Position numbers and translations under genes: made by a program. 36,987 nucleotides of DNA from a virus. Its lineage: Duplodnaviria > Caudoviricetes. Where the stretch lies: positions 1-36,987 of the IMG/VR virus record IMGVR_UViG_3300035670_000674. The stretch is one strand, 5' to 3'. Below the pieces are notes generated by a model. The model did no database searches and was not told the origin of the DNA. It worked only from the letters and a program-made list of their open reading frames with translations. Positions 9,695-17,253 of this stretch are shown piece after piece (positions within the stretch are counted from its first letter, which is position 1; each line of letters starts with the position of its first letter).

Positions 9695-9930
9695 TGTACG
9701 CAAAGCGACAACAAAGTTTAGTTGACTGGGGTAAACAAAAGTGGAGAACTAAGTCTGGTAAAAAATCATCAGTAACTGGTGAACGATATTTACCTACTAA
9801 TGCTATTAAAGCATTAACTCCTGCTGAATATGCTGCCACTACTAAAGCTAAAAGATTAGCTAAACGTAAAGGCAAACAATTTTCTAAACAACCTAAAAGT
9901 ATTGCTAAAAAAACTGCGAGATATAGATGA
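9694..9930 (+). CDS. small basic protein, DUF5872-like C-terminal half
   Basis: SL-x-x-W-x-x-Q-x-W-x-TK-x-G...RYLP-x-x-A...T-x-x-KR motif; TAATG-coupled. Confidence 0.65.
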   Translation: MYAKRQQSLVDWGKQKWRTKSGKKSSVTGERYLPTNAIKALTPAEYAATTKAKRLAKRKGKQFSKQPKSIAKKTARYR

Positions 9931-10205
9931 GACGTGAAACTAAAATGCCACCTAAAAATAGAAAATATTTTAGGTCAACTAAGTCTGGTGCTGGTATGAC
10001 TAAAGCTGGAGTACAAGCATATAGAAGATTAAATCCAGGATCTAAATTAGATACTGCTGTTACTGAAAGTAACCCTACTGGTCGTAGAGCTGCAAGAAGA
10101 AGATCTTTTTGTGCTAGATCTGCTGGTCAATTAAAGATGTGGCCCAAAGCTGCTAAAGATCCTAACTCAAGATTACGTCAAGCTAGACGTAGATGGAAGT
10201 GTTAA
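9927..10205 (+). CDS. small basic protein, DUF6321-like
   Basis: GAGMTKAG...RRRSFCARS...DPNSRL-x-x-ARRRWKC motif. Confidence 0.65.
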   Translation: MRRETKMPPKNRKYFRSTKSGAGMTKAGVQAYRRLNPGSKLDTAVTESNPTGRRAARRRSFCARSAGQLKMWPKAAKDPNSRLRQARRRWKC

Positions 10206-10631
10206 ATGTTACCTATGTTAAGTGCTATTGCACCATTAGCTAAAATACTTTTTAATACAATTGAAAAAGCTGTACCTGATAAAGATTTACAAGCTAAATT
10301 AAAAGCTGATTTACAAACTCAATTAATACAATCTAATACTGATGAGCTTAAAGCTGCAGCTAGAATTATAGAAGCAGAAGCTAAAGCAGGTTGGTTTGCA
10401 TCTAGTTGGAGACCATTACTTATGTATGTTCTTATATTTGTATTAGTCTTTAATTATATCTTTGCACCAATTGTTAAAATGTTAACTGGTATTGTAGTAG
10501 GATTTGAATTGCCAGGCGATGTTTGGACTCTTTTAAATGTTGGACTTGGTGGTTATGTTGTAGGAAGAAGTGCTGAATCTGTTGCTAGAACTATTGCTTC
10601 TAGACCAATATCAAAAGATATTAATGAATAA
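10206..10631 (+). CDS. holin, 3TM (gene-transfer-release type) family
   Basis: N-terminal amphipathic helix, SWRPLLMY, TM segments, LGGYVVGRS-x-E; upstream of endolysin. Confidence 0.75.
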   Translation: MLPMLSAIAPLAKILFNTIEKAVPDKDLQAKLKADLQTQLIQSNTDELKAAARIIEAEAKAGWFASSWRPLLMYVLIFVLVFNYIFAPIVKMLTGIVVGFELPGDVWTLLNVGLGGYVVGRSAESVARTIASRPISKDINE

Positions 10632-10632
10632 T

Positions 10633-10746
10633 ATGACTATGCTAGAAATTTTAAAAAAAATACACAATGTGCTTACCAAATTACTTTGGACTTTAGAATC
10701 TGATAAAAGAGCTAAACGCATTATTAAAAGTAAATTAAAAAAATAA
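10633..10746 (+). CDS. small hypothetical protein (37 aa, MTMLEILKK...)
   Basis: Fills the holin-endolysin gap exactly; TAATG-coupled to the endolysin. Confidence 0.5.
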   Translation: MTMLEILKKIHNVLTKLLWTLESDKRAKRIIKSKLKK

Positions 10747-11204
10747 TGAAATTAAGTAAAGACTTTACTTTACAAGAATTAAGTAAATCAGAAATTGCAG
10801 ATCGTAATAATATAAATAATATTCCAACTGCTGATCACATAACTAATCTTGTATTATTATGTCAGTATATTTTACAACCTGTTAGATCACACTTTGATAA
10901 GCCAGTTAGTATTACTTCTGGTTATAGATCTCCAGAACTATGTATATTAATAGGTAGTAAACCTACATCGCAACATACCTTTGGACAAGCAGCAGACTTT
11001 AAAATTGCTGGTGTGCCAAATAAAGTAGTATCTGATTGGATAGTTAATACTCTTGACTTTGATCAATGTATATTAGAATTTTGGAAACCAGAAGAACCCA
11101 ATAGTGGGTGGGTACATTGTAGTTATTCTTTTGATAATAATAGAAAAGAATATTTACAAGCTACTAAATCTAATGGTACTGTTTTATATACCAAGATTTC
11201 TTAA
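10746..11204 (+). CDS. endolysin, peptidase M15A family
   Basis: LS-x-x-FTL-x-E, ITSGYRS, SQH-x-x-GQAAD, WVH Zn-binding motifs. Confidence 0.88.
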   Translation: MKLSKDFTLQELSKSEIADRNNINNIPTADHITNLVLLCQYILQPVRSHFDKPVSITSGYRSPELCILIGSKPTSQHTFGQAADFKIAGVPNKVVSDWIVNTLDFDQCILEFWKPEEPNSGWVHCSYSFDNNRKEYLQATKSNGTVLYTKIS

Positions 11205-11288
11205 TCTTTGTAAAAAGTTTTGATAAAACATTTTTATTTGTAGCTTCTTAATTATAAGACTTTTTTTAATACATTCTTTACAAATCAT
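11184..11288 (-). CDS. possible small basic protein (34 aa, MICKECIKK...)
   Basis: ATGA-coupled to the upstream minus-strand gene; fills the gap and overlaps the endolysin 3' end. Confidence 0.35.
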   Translation of the reverse strand: MICKECIKKSLIIKKLQIKMFYQNFLQRLRNLGI

Positions 11289-11629
11289 ATTTCCTCTAAG
11301 TTAATTTTAAATTGACGTTTACGATCTTTGTTAATAAATAACAACTCACTTTGTCTTTCAGTATAATTCATTAATCCTTTTTCACGTGCTTTAACAAAAG
11401 CATCTCTAATACATAAAGGATCAAACCCTGCATAATCACAAGTAGTTCTAAAATCTTTACCAAGATCTAAGAACCAATTGATTGCAGTTTCTTTATTACG
11501 CATATCAATCATTATAGTTCCTTTATAATCAGCATCTTCTAATGCTTGTGTTATTATTGCTCTAAATAATCTTTGTTCAGGTAATGATGAATGTACATTA
11601 TACTGGCTTAACATCTTTAATAACTTCAT
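11285..11629 (-). CDS. conserved phage hypothetical protein
   Basis: PEQRLFRAII-x-QAL-x-DA...A-x-x-WF...DF-x-x-x-C-x-x-AG-x-DP pattern familiar from phage proteins. Confidence 0.7.
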   Translation of the reverse strand: MKLLKMLSQYNVHSSLPEQRLFRAIITQALEDADYKGTIMIDMRNKETAINWFLDLGKDFRTTCDYAGFDPLCIRDAFVKAREKGLMNYTERQSELLFINKDRKRQFKINLEEI

Positions 11630-11786
11630 AAGTTATTCTATCTTTGTTCAAAGAATTAAGTTTTAAATTAATTTCTGTAGGCGATAATGACTTAAACTTA
11701 TTGTATGCTTCTAAATCATTATCAGCATCTACAATCGCAGAACCTTCAACGTAACAATATCCATATACTTTAAAAGTATATCTCAT
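11598..11786 (-). CDS. hypothetical protein
   Basis: 62-aa ORF, overlap-coupled in operon. Confidence 0.6.
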   Translation of the reverse strand: MRYTFKVYGYCYVEGSAIVDADNDLEAYNKFKSLSPTEINLKLNSLNKDRITYEVIKDVKPV

Positions 11787-12109
11787 AAATTATTTTTACG
11801 TCTTGATGCTTCTAGTGTTCTCCAAACATCAATGACTAAACATTCTTTAGCTCTTTTGTTTTGAGTAATACCAACTTTTTCTGCTAAAGCTTGTTTCTGT
11901 AATATGTATTCTCCATATACATCTGAAGCATAATAAGCTTGTTCTTTTATAGAAAACGATTTGTCATTATTATTGCTAACAATATGTATTGCCTTATCTC
12001 GTTTTTGTTTATCTTTTAAATATTCTAAACCTGCACTTAACTTAGCATCTTCTTCATCTGTGTCTGCTAAGAACTTTAAAGCTTCTTCTAATCTTTTTTC
12101 ATTAATCAT
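11783..12109 (-). CDS. helical protein, possibly UvsY-like recombination mediator
   Basis: All-helical 108 aa with AYYAS-x-x-Y and IDVWRTLEAS-x-R; downstream of SSB-like gene and exonuclease. Function tentative. Confidence 0.5.
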   Translation of the reverse strand: MINEKRLEEALKFLADTDEEDAKLSAGLEYLKDKQKRDKAIHIVSNNNDKSFSIKEQAYYASDVYGEYILQKQALAEKVGITQNKRAKECLVIDVWRTLEASRRKNNL

Positions 12110-12122
12110 AATTTTATTTGTT

Positions 12123-12178
12123 TACACACCCCTGTACTAACTAACAAAGGGAGACCACTTGAAATACAAGGGTGCGTA
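12123..12178 (-). other. intergenic RNA stem-loop (14-bp stem, about 28-nt loop)
   Basis: Minus-strand UACGCACCCUUGUA pairs fully with UACAGGGGUGUGUA using two G.U pairs that are A.C mismatches on the + strand. Confidence 0.7.
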
Positions 12179-12187
12179 TGTTGTTAA

Positions 12188-12673
12188 TTAAAATGGTGCT
12201 TTCTCAGAACCATCTTCTTGTGTAGAGAGAATATCTCTAACAACTTTATCACAAGCTTTATAAACATCGTCATATTCTTGTACACTTCTGTTAGGAAGAA
12301 TACTTGATAATAAATTTGACATAGTTAATCTGTATTTCTCAGACCAATTATTATTTGACATTTGTGCTGAAAATGTTTTTGCTGCTGGTACAGTATGTCC
12401 ATTAGTTTGCATAGTATCTCCTTTATCATTAGTTGCATTTAACTGTTCTATTTTTACACAAGTCTGATTGTTACTGCCTGGTTTTTTTATAACATAACCA
12501 GTAACTCTAACTTTATCATTCTTGCTAATATGACGACAGCTTTGGTCAACGAATAATTTTCGTTCAATACCATTTTCCATTTCTACAGCTAACCAGTACT
12601 TAACTGGATTTTCTGCATCATGGATATCCTTAACTCCTTTTACTGTTGCGTCATACGTTTCTGTATTTGCCAT
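12188..12673 (-). CDS. putative ssDNA-binding / recombination protein
   Basis: Start MANTETY at 12673 with AAGGA RBS; OB-like beta-rich N-terminus; acidic tail ending ...EDGSEKAPF; follows the exonuclease. Confidence 0.55.
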   Translation of the reverse strand: MANTETYDATVKGVKDIHDAENPVKYWLAVEMENGIERKLFVDQSCRHISKNDKVRVTGYVIKKPGSNNQTCVKIEQLNATNDKGDTMQTNGHTVPAAKTFSAQMSNNNWSEKYRLTMSNLLSSILPNRSVQEYDDVYKACDKVVRDILSTQEDGSEKAPF

Positions 12674-12740
12674 GTTTTGTTTTCCTTGTTTGTTTATATG
12701 TTTAACTATATTACCTATTTTTTGCATAATTAGAATATAC

Positions 12741-13508
12741 TTATTTCCAAGCCTTTTGCCAGATTTCTTTTGCAAAAATCTTAGCATCGCTATCACCTTT
12801 GCCCCACCTAAAGTTTTCTAAATTTAGTGGGAACATTCTAACTACATCTTCTTTTGTTTTAGCAATAGAAGTTATATGCTCTATAGTTTTGAAAGCATTT
12901 ATCATTTCATCTAATGATGAATCTAAATGCTCTATTTCTACAGCTTCAGTATCGTTGTAAGAACAATACAATAACATTGTTTGCTTCTTACATATTTCTT
13001 TGTATAGAAATTGCTGTCTAACATCTGATGGTTTTGGATACCAATTTTTATCCAATGCACCAGACTTTAATCTTTTAAGATAAGCAGTAGCTTTAGTATC
13101 TATAATTATATCTTTAAATTCAAAATCTGTTTTGCAACAAATATCGTATTTTAAACCATATGGTTTTCCTGGAACTTGAATTTCTTTTTGATAAGAAACT
13201 ACATCTCCAAATGCTATTAATGAATCTTTAAATCGAACAGCAATCTTAGCTGCCATTTCGGATTCATCATCATCATCTGATCCACCAAGTTCCCGGAATT
13301 TCTTTTGAGTAAAGTCATGTATTGCATCTTCATCATATGCTTCTTTTTGTATTGCGTTCATAGCACCTTCTTCAGCTGCTGAACCCATTATCATTCTTGC
13401 ATTTGGTTTAGATTCAAATTGATATAGCTCATTAATAATCCAGTATGGTGGCGAATCAATAAATGAATTGCCTTTACTGGCAGTATGTCTGTAATCTTTT
13501 TCTAACAT
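12741..13508 (-). CDS. PD-(D/E)XK exonuclease (RecE/lambda-exo-like)
   Basis: H-x-AS...M-x-x-GSA-x-E, D-(x)7-IIDTK, Q-x-x-x-Y motifs; AGGAG RBS. Confidence 0.75.
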   Translation of the reverse strand: MLEKDYRHTASKGNSFIDSPPYWIINELYQFESKPNARMIMGSAAEEGAMNAIQKEAYDEDAIHDFTQKKFRELGGSDDDDESEMAAKIAVRFKDSLIAFGDVVSYQKEIQVPGKPYGLKYDICCKTDFEFKDIIIDTKATAYLKRLKSGALDKNWYPKPSDVRQQFLYKEICKKQTMLLYCSYNDTEAVEIEHLDSSLDEMINAFKTIEHITSIAKTKEDVVRMFPLNLENFRWGKGDSDAKIFAKEIWQKAWK

Positions 13509-13518
13509 CTAGTCTCCT

Positions 13519-13845
13519 ATGGTTAATAATATACAATGTTTTATTTCAAATCACTTTGATATTCCTATCAAAATACTTAAAGGACAACAAGAATTTAATA
13601 ATAACAAATATTATAATTATTATAATATCTCTATCCTTTTATCTTATCTTTTAAACCCTACTAAAAAGTATGGGGTTAAAAGTATTATTCACAGATTGCA
13701 TAATTGCACTTCTACAAATAGAGTGCAAAGACTACATAAACAATATAATAACAACTCCGAGTTTAAATTGTTTATTGATAAATTAATCGAATTATTTTAT
13801 AATAGTAAATATGCAACGACCAGAATTGATAACTCGAATAGTTGA
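13519..13845 (+). CDS. putative DNA-binding protein, diverged DnaA domain IV-like HTH
   Basis: NNIQCFISNHFDIPIKIL and later helices follow the hydrophobic pattern of the DnaA C-terminal domain; weak, by-eye similarity. Confidence 0.45.
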   Translation: MVNNIQCFISNHFDIPIKILKGQQEFNNNKYYNYYNISILLSYLLNPTKKYGVKSIIHRLHNCTSTNRVQRLHKQYNNNSEFKLFIDKLIELFYNSKYATTRIDNSNS

Positions 13846-14278
13846 TAAAAAAACTGTTCTTTATAATATCCGAGAATCAAGACTGGAATATATGTTTCAT
13901 CGCAAACATATTTCTGAGGCCCAATATATTTCAGGTTCTAGATACAGACGACTATGTGAAATATCACAATTAGGATCTGGTGTTTCTAATATGCAACCAC
14001 GCATAGATGGTTATTATGATGCTATGCTTTCACGTGTTGGAGCTTTATCTGAGCTTGTTAAAATCTCACAAGAAATAGGACCAGAAGCTGTACAATTTCT
14101 TAAATTTTATTGTTGGGAAAATTATTCTATTCTAGAATTATCTAACCTTTTGCACATCAGTAAGAAAAAAATTTCTTATAGAGTCCAAGAAGCTTTATCT
14201 AGATTAGCTATTTATTTTGGTTACATTAAAGTTAGAAATACTATAAAAGGTATTGGTGCAAAAAACCACAAAGTTTAA
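13811..14278 (+). CDS. DUF6456-like / sigma4-HTH transcription regulator (candidate late activator or antiterminator)
   Basis: ES-x-L-x-x-M-x-x-R-x-x-IS-x-x-QY-x-x-G-x-RY and IGPE...L-x-x-x-C...AL-x-RLA-x-YFG patterns. Confidence 0.65.
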   Translation: MQRPELITRIVDKKTVLYNIRESRLEYMFHRKHISEAQYISGSRYRRLCEISQLGSGVSNMQPRIDGYYDAMLSRVGALSELVKISQEIGPEAVQFLKFYCWENYSILELSNLLHISKKKISYRVQEALSRLAIYFGYIKVRNTIKGIGAKNHKV

Positions 14279-14630
14279 ATCTAAAAAGTATTTAAAATGG
14301 GTAGCTTCACTACCTTGTTTGCTTTGCCTTTATAATGAGTGCCAAGCACACCATATTACTATTGCTGAAAAGCGAGGCTTTAGTCAAAAAGTATCTGATA
14401 AATTTACTATTCCTTTATGTTATGTTCATCATCATCAATTACATATGCTGTCTGAACGTAAATTTTGGAATACTTTAGGATTAAATCCTGTAGATTATGC
14501 TAATATTTTGTATGATATTTATACAAAAAATGAGCAAAATAACGATGTTTTAATTTATCAACAAATCTATAACAAAGTTTTACCACTTGTTAAAGATCAC
14601 GTTGACTTTCTATGTCGTCTCAAAGTATAA
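14253..14630 (+). CDS. DUF968/Ref-like Zn-binding HNH-type nuclease
   Basis: YLKWV-x-x-LPC-x-x-C...AHH...G-x-x-x-K-x-x-D-x-x-x-IPLC-x-x-HH-x-x-LH. Confidence 0.75.
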   Translation: MVQKTTKFKSKKYLKWVASLPCLLCLYNECQAHHITIAEKRGFSQKVSDKFTIPLCYVHHHQLHMLSERKFWNTLGLNPVDYANILYDIYTKNEQNNDVLIYQQIYNKVLPLVKDHVDFLCRLKV

Positions 14631-14664
14631 ACGTAGTTATCCTTCGAATTATTGTTTTTAAATT

Positions 14665-14925
14665 ATGGCTAAAATCCTAAAATTTAAACGTAAGTCTTTT
14701 GCTGAAGATTTTATTAAACATGTTGAACCTGATAAAATAGCAGACTTCGTACAAAAAGATAATCCTAATATGCCTAGCAACGTTGTTGATGCTATGGCAC
14801 TAGCTATGATTTATACTACTTATTTACAATTGCTTATAGATGAAGAATCTATACCAGCAACTGAAGTAGTTTTTGGTGGTTCATCATTTCCAATGGGAAT
14901 CGATGTCAAAAAAACCATCCATTAA
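14665..14925 (+). CDS. hypothetical protein
   Basis: 86-aa ORF, MAKILKF start. Confidence 0.65.
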   Translation: MAKILKFKRKSFAEDFIKHVEPDKIADFVQKDNPNMPSNVVDAMALAMIYTTYLQLLIDEESIPATEVVFGGSSFPMGIDVKKTIH

Positions 14926-15169
14926 ATTTCCGTATAAGAAAATTAAAGGTACTCTTAACTGGTATGATGCCAACTCTAAAACAGGTTGGATTGACTCTAA
15001 AGAATTTAAAGAATTAACTCCGTCAATTTGTCATACTCAAGGTTGGATATTTGAGGAAACTAAAACTTATATAAAAACTTTTAGTACTTATAGTATTGAT
15101 CCTGAAGATAACTCTATTGAGTTTGGTGAGATACTTTGTATTCCAAAAGTTTGGTTAAAACTCAGGTAG
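14903..15169 (+). CDS. conserved small phage beta-barrel-like protein
   Basis: W-x-DA-x-x-x-x-GW...P-x-x-C-x-T-x-GW...IPK pattern; ATG at 14903. Confidence 0.65.
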   Translation: MSKKPSIKFPYKKIKGTLNWYDANSKTGWIDSKEFKELTPSICHTQGWIFEETKTYIKTFSTYSIDPEDNSIEFGEILCIPKVWLKLR

Positions 15170-15415
15170 TTTTTTTAAAGGATCAGTAATATCTTCATCG
15201 TTAATATATTCTATTCCTTCTAACCAAGCCATTTCTTTTTTTGTTTCTACAATTTCTTTTTTAACTAGACTCTTGGCTTCATCAAGTTTGCTTACCAAGA
15301 CTGGAAAATTCTGTTCGTATATTCCATAAATGTATAAATCACTTATCGCAGATGCGACTCTTGATAAGCCTTTAAATCGTTTTTGTAAACGACTATGCCT
15401 TGAGTCATCAAACAT
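15155..15415 (-). CDS. hypothetical protein
   Basis: 86-aa helical ORF, TAATG-coupled. Confidence 0.65.
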   Translation of the reverse strand: MFDDSRHSRLQKRFKGLSRVASAISDLYIYGIYEQNFPVLVSKLDEAKSLVKKEIVETKKEMAWLEGIEYINDEDITDPLKKLPEF

Positions 15416-15582
15416 TAATCTGTACCACCAACTTTAACATCTTCATCAGGTAAATAAGATTCACCTTCTAGCTTTGCTATACGATCTTTCATTTTTTCTA
15501 TTTTCTTTTTAAGAGCTTCTCTTTCATTTAATAGTTTATTAATGTTAGCTTGAAGTATTTTCATCTTTGGATCTACGTTCAT
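15415..15582 (-). CDS. small coiled-coil protein (55 aa, MNVDPKMKIL...)
   Basis: Hand-translated; ATGA/TAATG-coupled on both sides. Confidence 0.65.
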   Translation of the reverse strand: MNVDPKMKILQANINKLLNEREALKKKIEKMKDRIAKLEGESYLPDEDVKVGGTD

Positions 15583-15773
15583 AATACATCTACCTTTTGT
15601 TGATTAATTTCATTTTGATTTTTTAATTTATTTGCAATACTTAGTAAAGTGTCTTTATCTTCATTATGCAAATAACCTTTATTTATACACATCTCAATAC
15701 TATTAATTAATATTGATAATGTATTTATTTTCATTTGCTCTCTATAAAGCATTTCTTGAAATGTATCTTTCAT
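15579..15773 (-). CDS. hypothetical protein
   Basis: Start MKDTFQE overlaps the upstream stop (ATGA). Confidence 0.6.
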   Translation of the reverse strand: MKDTFQEMLYREQMKINTLSILINSIEMCINKGYLHNEDKDTLLSIANKLKNQNEINQQKVDVL

Positions 15774-16120
15774 GTTCTTAATCCGAATTGTTTTGTATCT
15801 GCCACACATGATTTGCTTTCATCATATACTATAGCCACATTACCTGCAATAAAATCTCCTGGAATACACATATGTCCAGTTTTTTCTTGCCATTCATACC
15901 ATAAATCTGTAGCGATTTCGTTGTATTTTATTGGCTCTTTTAATTTAGATTCTTCATCACAATACATATCAATGGTCTTACCATTTTCTACTCCTTGTAG
16001 AATTTCTATTGTATCACAATTTAACAAAGGATAGAGTTCTTTAAATGTTGGCTCTTTGTCAAACATATGTACTGTTTGTGTTCTTGGTTCTGCATTTAGT
16101 ATTACTACTTTGTACATCAC
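15770..16120 (-). CDS. DUF3846-like protein
   Basis: IE...MYCDEE-x-KLK...N-x-x-AT...DFIAGNV motif; AGGAG RBS. Confidence 0.7.
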   Translation of the reverse strand: MMYKVVILNAEPRTQTVHMFDKEPTFKELYPLLNCDTIEILQGVENGKTIDMYCDEESKLKEPIKYNEIATDLWYEWQEKTGHMCIPGDFIAGNVAIVYDESKSCVADTKQFGLRT

Positions 16121-16326
16121 TTGTTCTCCTTTTGTTTTATTTCGTTTAAATAATTTTTTATTAAAACTTTAATTACTCCAGACATTGTATAATTTTTTAA
16201 ATTACAATATTCCCTAAATTCTTTATACAAATCATCTGTTAATGTTATGCCTAATACTCCGTATCTGTTAACCCATTTACGTTTAGATTTAATATTAAGT
16301 TCGTTATTTATTTGTTCTATATCCAT
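16117..16326 (-). CDS. putative ribbon-helix-helix DNA-binding protein
   Basis: LGITLTDDLYKEFREYC...TMSGVIKVLIKNYL strand-helix-helix pattern. Confidence 0.6.
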   Translation of the reverse strand: MDIEQINNELNIKSKRKWVNRYGVLGITLTDDLYKEFREYCNLKNYTMSGVIKVLIKNYLNEIKQKENK

Positions 16327-16505
16327 TGTTGCCTCAATAGTTTAGTTATTAGTTTTAATGCTGCTTGATCTTTAATAAATTCTTTTCCGTGATAATCACC
16401 AAATTCATTACGATCATAGACATGTCTTGAACTCCAGAATATGTCATACTTCCATTCTTCCCATTTATCTAATAACTTTTGTTTATTTTTTGTTTTAAGT
16501 TTCAT
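16317..16505 (-). CDS. hypothetical protein
   Basis: 62-aa coupled ORF. Confidence 0.6.
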   Translation of the reverse strand: MKLKTKNKQKLLDKWEEWKYDIFWSSRHVYDRNEFGDYHGKEFIKDQAALKLITKLLRQQWI

Positions 16506-16738
16506 AGTATTAATTCTTCACTTTCTGGTTCAGGTTTATAATACTTTAATTTTCTGCTTATCCTATTATAAGCAGCTAATCTGTATTTTATATACTTATA
16601 AGTCTTAATATCTTTTTGACTTAATGAATGTCCAAGCATTTCAGTTGCCATTAAATATGATTTAATTATCCTGTAAGCTTGACTAAGATATTCAATTTCT
16701 ACTTTTATTTGTGGTTTGTTTTTTATTCCCATATACAT
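16502..16738 (-). CDS. hypothetical protein
   Basis: 78-aa coupled ORF. Confidence 0.6.
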   Translation of the reverse strand: MYMGIKNKPQIKVEIEYLSQAYRIIKSYLMATEMLGHSLSQKDIKTYKYIKYRLAAYNRISRKLKYYKPEPESEELIL

Positions 16739-16929
16739 TGATACATAAAAATTTCATTACCTTTATAAAAGGTAGCTAATTGTTTTCTTCCGCTATAATT
16801 TTTAACAGTTTTTGAATAAGTTATTTCAGTAAACTTTTTATCACAATCATTAAATGATGTTGAATTATTTACTGGTACTAATAACGTTGATCCATTCATA
16901 AACGTTAATATTAATGCTATTGTTTTCAT
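16723..16929 (-). CDS. small protein with hydrophobic N-terminus and two Cys
   Basis: 68-aa coupled ORF, MKTIALILTF start. Confidence 0.6.
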   Translation of the reverse strand: MKTIALILTFMNGSTLLVPVNNSTSFNDCDKKFTEITYSKTVKNYSGRKQLATFYKGNEIFMYQCIWE

Positions 16930-17090
16930 TAATCTAAATACTTTCGTATTTTACTTTTTACTATATCAACCCAATCGTAAAATTCTTTAAAATAATTACG
17001 ATACTCTTTACTTCTTTTTTTTTTGATTTCTTCAAAAGCTTCTTTTGTAGCTTTATCTAGAATCTTTAGTTGTTTTATTGGATTTAACAT
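16929..17090 (-). CDS. small hypothetical protein (53 aa, MLNPIKQLK...)
   Basis: Hand-translated; AAAGGA RBS; TAATG-coupled to the next gene. Confidence 0.65.
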   Translation of the reverse strand: MLNPIKQLKILDKATKEAFEEIKKKRSKEYRNYFKEFYDWVDIVKSKIRKYLD

Positions 17091-17253
17091 TGTTCCTTTC
17101 ATAAAGTTCGGTAGTTGCCTGTGGCTCTACAGAACTTGTTAGTTTTTCTTTTATAGTTTTATACATAGCTTTTTTTAATACGTTCATGGCTTTTTTATCA
17201 GAACCCATAACTACTACGTGTTTATTTAACCACTTTTGCAATTGATCTTTCAT
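17053..17253 (-). CDS. hypothetical protein
   Basis: GGAG RBS before MKDQLQKW. Confidence 0.55.
   Translation of the reverse strand: MKDQLQKWLNKHVVVMGSDKKAMNVLKKAMYKTIKEKLTSSVEPQATTELYERNNVKSNKTTKDSR

Noticed and set aside
12149-12158. GGGAGACCAC (also 22717-22726), identical to the start of T7 promoter transcripts
   Set aside because: No TAATACGACTCACTATA-like element upstream and no phage RNA polymerase gene; better explained as RBS-related sequence
12674-12796. N-terminal extension of the SSB-like ORF given in the track
   Set aside because: Overlaps the exonuclease; a good RBS sits before the ATG at 12673
13463-13654. Hydrophobic 63-aa + strand ORF
   Set aside because: Overlaps the exonuclease start and 13519..13845; hydrophobicity reflects extreme AT content
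13685-13693. DnaA-box match TTATTCACA (others at 14148 and 19620)
   Set aside because: Isolated; several such matches are expected by chance at this AT content; no cluster defining an origin
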